The position numbers were made by a program, and so were the translations under genes. From positions 1 to 48,405 of the forward strand of contig JBDLRP010000025.1 of assembly GCA_039799905.1 (NCBI GenBank): a stretch of 48,405 nt of DNA, in the 5' to 3' direction. This DNA comes from Pseudomonadota bacterium. Lineage in GTDB: Bacteria > Bdellovibrionota_B > Oligoflexia > Silvanigrellales > Silvanigrellaceae. Shown in pieces: positions 45,280 to 48,405 of the stretch. Below the pieces are notes generated by a model that worked only from the letters and a program-made list of their open reading frames with translations, was not told the origin of the DNA and did no database searches. Each line of letters begins with the position of its first letter. Within the stretch, counting starts at the first letter, position 1.

Positions 45280-46080
45280 ATGAACTCCTCGGAATCCGAC
45301 ATCACAAAACACGATGATGATCACGAGGGCTATCAGCTCGAAGTTCATGAAGTCGCGCAGCTGCTCGGCGTAACAAGAACTCGCGTATCACAGCTCACCT
45401 CCAGCGGGCATTTGTCGTTTGAGCGACGCCGCGTTGGCACTCGAAACAGGCTCTTCTATAAACGCAGCGAAGTATTGTCTCACCAAAAGGGTTTCTACGG
45501 CCGGCACGTTGCGCAGCCTTTTGCCGGCGATGCCGAACAGCAGGCTTCAGCACGCACGCCGACGCACCAAGACCTCAAAAGAGCTGGCGCAAGAGCTTCC
45601 GGCCTCTCCGCAGAACAAGGCGCGGACAATGTAGAAATCAAGAATTCAGCTGGTTTTTTCGAAGAAAATCTTCGCCTCAGCCATGAACCCACACTCGATA
45701 AAATCATTCATCTCCTCGTTCAGATCCAACGTTCCACGATGCGCCCTACTGCTCCAGTCCGCCCAGCTGCCACACAGCAGATCGAGGAAGATAAAAACCG
45801 CGCGCTGGTATCTGAACTGATCGAGAATGTTCATCGGCTTTCTGCACAGCTCTCTGTGCAGGCAGGTTTGCTTGGCACACTTCTGGATGAATCGCGTTCG
45901 GTGAAGAAAGAGCTGCACAGAATCCTGCAGAGCACCCGTGCAGCGGGAGCCTCGGTGCAGCCAGCCGCCCCAGCCACTCGGGTCACTTCCGACGGGCAAA
46001 GAATCATCAGTCACAGGAAGGCGAAAGCCCCTCGCAGGTCGCGTCCAGTTCCATTGAAACGCCGCAACCGCGGCTACTGA
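45280..46080 (+). CDS. helix-turn-helix (excisionase/MerR-like) DNA-binding protein with coiled coil
   Basis: EVAQLLGVTRTRVSQL..SG.L...R......LFYKRSEV; basic C-terminal tail. Confidence 0.75.
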   Translation: MNSSESDITKHDDDHEGYQLEVHEVAQLLGVTRTRVSQLTSSGHLSFERRRVGTRNRLFYKRSEVLSHQKGFYGRHVAQPFAGDAEQQASARTPTHQDLKRAGARASGLSAEQGADNVEIKNSAGFFEENLRLSHEPTLDKIIHLLVQIQRSTMRPTAPVRPAATQQIEEDKNRALVSELIENVHRLSAQLSVQAGLLGTLLDESRSVKKELHRILQSTRAAGASVQPAAPATRVTSDGQRIISHRKAKAPRRSRPVPLKRRNRGY

Positions 46081-46147
46081 AAGCACGGCCCCGACCCAAA
46101 ACGTTTTTTGCAGAAAATTGAAACCCATCCTGCTCGGTCAGAACAGG

Positions 46148-47839
46148 TTATTTGCACAACTTGACTGCTGATTTTCCTGCGTCAGCTGAGGGCGATTCCA
46201 CAGCTGAGTCATCTTCAATCGGCAACGGCAGCGGCCGGATTGTCGCCCCGCCCGAAGTTGATTCGCCATTCACGCTCGTTACAGCGAAGTATGGAAGATT
46301 CTCAATTGTGATAATAGAACCACTGTCACCGGCCTGCAGAAAACCCATGTGGGGCACCTCTGGTCTGCCGGCAGCAGTCTTCGTAGCAGCTTGCGTGCGC
46401 ATCTCATCAGTCACTTCTTTATGCATCTCGAGGTGGTGAAACCGTCCCAAGAGCGATTTAGGATCCCATTTGATGAAATGATTTCGCGCGCCCGTATCTA
46501 CGCCGGAAAGATTATTCACGTTGAAGTGCATGAACGCACGGGAAGTATCCAGTGGATCTGGATTGTCTGCAGTGGGTTCTGCGAGAGTCACGAAGCGAAA
46601 ATTGGAATGAATCCGGGTGTCCAACGGAAGGAAAAATGAACCGTCCTCCCTCTCTTCCACAAGGGCCTCCAGAACAGTGAAGACTGTGTCCATGCGCTGT
46701 GTTGAAGCCGCATAGTCGCTCTTCATAACCTCTACAATATCTGCCAATCCGGATGGTTGGAACGAATCATATTTTGTTCCTCGTAACGCAACTTGAATAA
46801 GGGTACTGAATTCATCCCTGATTGCGCAGAACCATGCATTTTTGTTTGCGGCGCACGCCGAAATGTCGGCTAGAAGATCGTCGCGAACATATTGAAGCAT
46901 CTTGAATTTTGAATACGTCTGAACACGATTGCGCACAGCCTTATGGATACCAATAAGCTCAAGGGGTGTGTTCTTGTCGTCTTCAAAAACTAATCTCGTC
47001 TCGGGATTCGCCTTGAACTTCTCCGCCAGTTTGGATTTAGCAATCAGGCCTGTGAGCGTCGCCGTGCTATCGACCCTCATCTGCTTTATCCGGTCGATCA
47101 CCGGCACCGGAGTGGAAGCGGCGGGCTCAATTTTAAAGTGAATCATGTCCTGATAAGTCGAACACACATTATTAAAAACCGGATCATCTCTTCTAAGACA
47201 GATTTTTCCCGCAGTCTCCGAAACGCCAGCGCCAGTCGAATTAGAGGTTATGGTTGGCTGATTAAACAGAGAATTCAGATCAGCTGCGTTTGTTCGCAAG
47301 GAGTTCAAAACTTTTTTCTGATTTTCGAAACTCACCTTCTTGTCGCGCATTGTCTTGCGCAATTCATGAACTTTGCTCAGCAACGGGTACTCAACATTGA
47401 CCGGGTAGTAGGTTCGGCCTTGATGGTCGAACATGTGTAGTTTCATCGAATGATCTTTGGCAAGGTCAATACAGTGCGCGGCTGTGTAAACGTTCATTTC
47501 GAGTCGTTCGTTCAACAGCACATCCTGACTTTCTGCGGGACTGTCAGTGAATTCAACATAAGCTGTACAAAGTCGATAACTGTCGACCGGCGAGAATTCG
47601 GTTTTTCGGGTATAAACCTCGATAAATCCACCATTGCTGAAGAACTTTGAATTCGCCACTGTCGTTGGCGCTCGTTCGATGTCGAACCGCAAGAGTGCAG
47701 TCGTTTTGGAACACACGGGCACGTTTGACTTCGCACCACTACAAGAGGTCACAACATAAGCCAACAGCGCCAATTTGCCTGAACGCCAGAGGCCCATCCG
47801 CTTTGATTTTGGAGGCTTATGGTTTTGATCGTAGGTCAT
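46148..47839 (-). CDS. lipoprotein with trypsin-like (S1) serine protease motifs split by large insertions
   Basis: GGAGGGG RBS with ATG 47839, lipobox VTSC, TAAHC (His), candidate Asp in YQDMIHF, and AGDSGS (Ser). Confidence 0.7.
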   Translation of the reverse strand: MTYDQNHKPPKSKRMGLWRSGKLALLAYVVTSCSGAKSNVPVCSKTTALLRFDIERAPTTVANSKFFSNGGFIEVYTRKTEFSPVDSYRLCTAYVEFTDSPAESQDVLLNERLEMNVYTAAHCIDLAKDHSMKLHMFDHQGRTYYPVNVEYPLLSKVHELRKTMRDKKVSFENQKKVLNSLRTNAADLNSLFNQPTITSNSTGAGVSETAGKICLRRDDPVFNNVCSTYQDMIHFKIEPAASTPVPVIDRIKQMRVDSTATLTGLIAKSKLAEKFKANPETRLVFEDDKNTPLELIGIHKAVRNRVQTYSKFKMLQYVRDDLLADISACAANKNAWFCAIRDEFSTLIQVALRGTKYDSFQPSGLADIVEVMKSDYAASTQRMDTVFTVLEALVEEREDGSFFLPLDTRIHSNFRFVTLAEPTADNPDPLDTSRAFMHFNVNNLSGVDTGARNHFIKWDPKSLLGRFHHLEMHKEVTDEMRTQAATKTAAGRPEVPHMGFLQAGDSGSIITIENLPYFAVTSVNGESTSGGATIRPLPLPIEDDSAVESPSADAGKSAVKLCK

Positions 47840-47856
47840 GTGCCCCTCCATGAGTT

Positions 47857-47883
47857 GTATCGGAGGGAGGGTTTGCAAAATGA
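47857..47883 (-). promoter_or_regulatory. sigma28-like promoter
   Basis: TCAT-N15-TCCGATAC, the same boxes as the 4168-4195 promoter. Confidence 0.55.
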
Positions 47884-48154
47884 AGGCATTGCGATCTGCG
47901 TGCAAATCGCAATTTACTAAAAAACTTCAAGTCATTGAAATAATTTATTTAACCATAAAAAAAGAAATCATCTAAATGACAATGAGAGCAAGAACGGAGG
48001 GGGCCGATTGCAGTCCATGGTGTCCCGAACATGGCTGCAAAGCCGCAGACAAGACCTCACTCGTGAGGGAGGGAAGTCTTGGGAAGTAACGTTTTCAACC
48101 CACGAGAAGACCCGAAGTGTTGCAAACAGAATCAGCGGCAGCAAACAGACGGTT

Positions 48155-48405
48155 TCACGGTACAGTGCCTTCAGACTTTACCGTAATGAATCGGGCGGGA
48201 GGCACAACGAATAAACCGATCAAGCCAAGGTAACAGGCAGTGACTGCGGAATCGAAAAAGGTGTTCTGAGTTAGTCCATGCAAGAGATTTGCGGCCAATG
48301 CCAACGTGAGTGCGCCCAGCAGCACTTTGCGCTCCGGCGAATGTCCGCTCAGCACGCGAAGGTTCATGTACAAAATTGCTATGGACGCCAGAAACACCAT
48401 CAGCC
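48155..48405 (-). CDS. C-terminal fragment of an O-antigen ligase-like membrane protein (truncated by window edge)
   Basis: TM helices with LLHGLTQNTFFD motif. Confidence 0.55.
   Translation of the reverse strand, partial: LMVFLASIAILYMNLRVLSGHSPERKVLLGALTLALAANLLHGLTQNTFFDSAVTACYLGLIGLFVVPPARFITVKSEGTVP

Noticed and set aside
41913..46080. Prophage or integrative element call
   Set aside because: No structural, replication or conjugation genes, no att repeats seen, and no evident compositional shift.

Overview
This 48.4 kb window is a gene-dense, moderate-GC bacterial chromosome segment. Its gene content suggests Bdellovibrionota (Oligoflexia/Silvanigrellales-like); this is an inference from the futalosine pathway, the Glt-like envelope cluster, a long barrel-ended MlaD and many orphan lipoproteins. 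Housekeeping genes include an isoaspartyl peptidase, an RdgC-like protein, apt, frameshifted prfB, mqnE/mqnC, dksA, dapF, a ferredoxin and a family-5 UDG, interleaved with many secreted or lipoprotein ORFs. The main observations are five. (1) An unannotated, highly structured intergenic RNA candidate of about 260 nt (2750-3008) has four hairpins with AGGA/AGGGA loops, resembling a CsrB/RsmZ sponge in a lineage where I know of none. (2) About 13 sigma28/FliA-like promoters, T(A/C)AA-N15/16-NCCGA, lie mostly upstream of non-flagellar secreted, lipoprotein and envelope genes. (3) A co-oriented 13 kb run encodes TatA, two complementary-degenerate ArsA/Get3 ATPases, MlaEF, a trans-envelope MlaD and a motor-less GltA/C/D/E/F-like cluster. 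(4) A 631-aa protein has three zinc fingers in C2H2 spacing but with Cys ligands. (5) A dif-like site lies at 37327-37354. All calls come from reading motifs by eye; no database search or folding program was run. No rRNA, tRNA, CRISPR array or transposase was seen.
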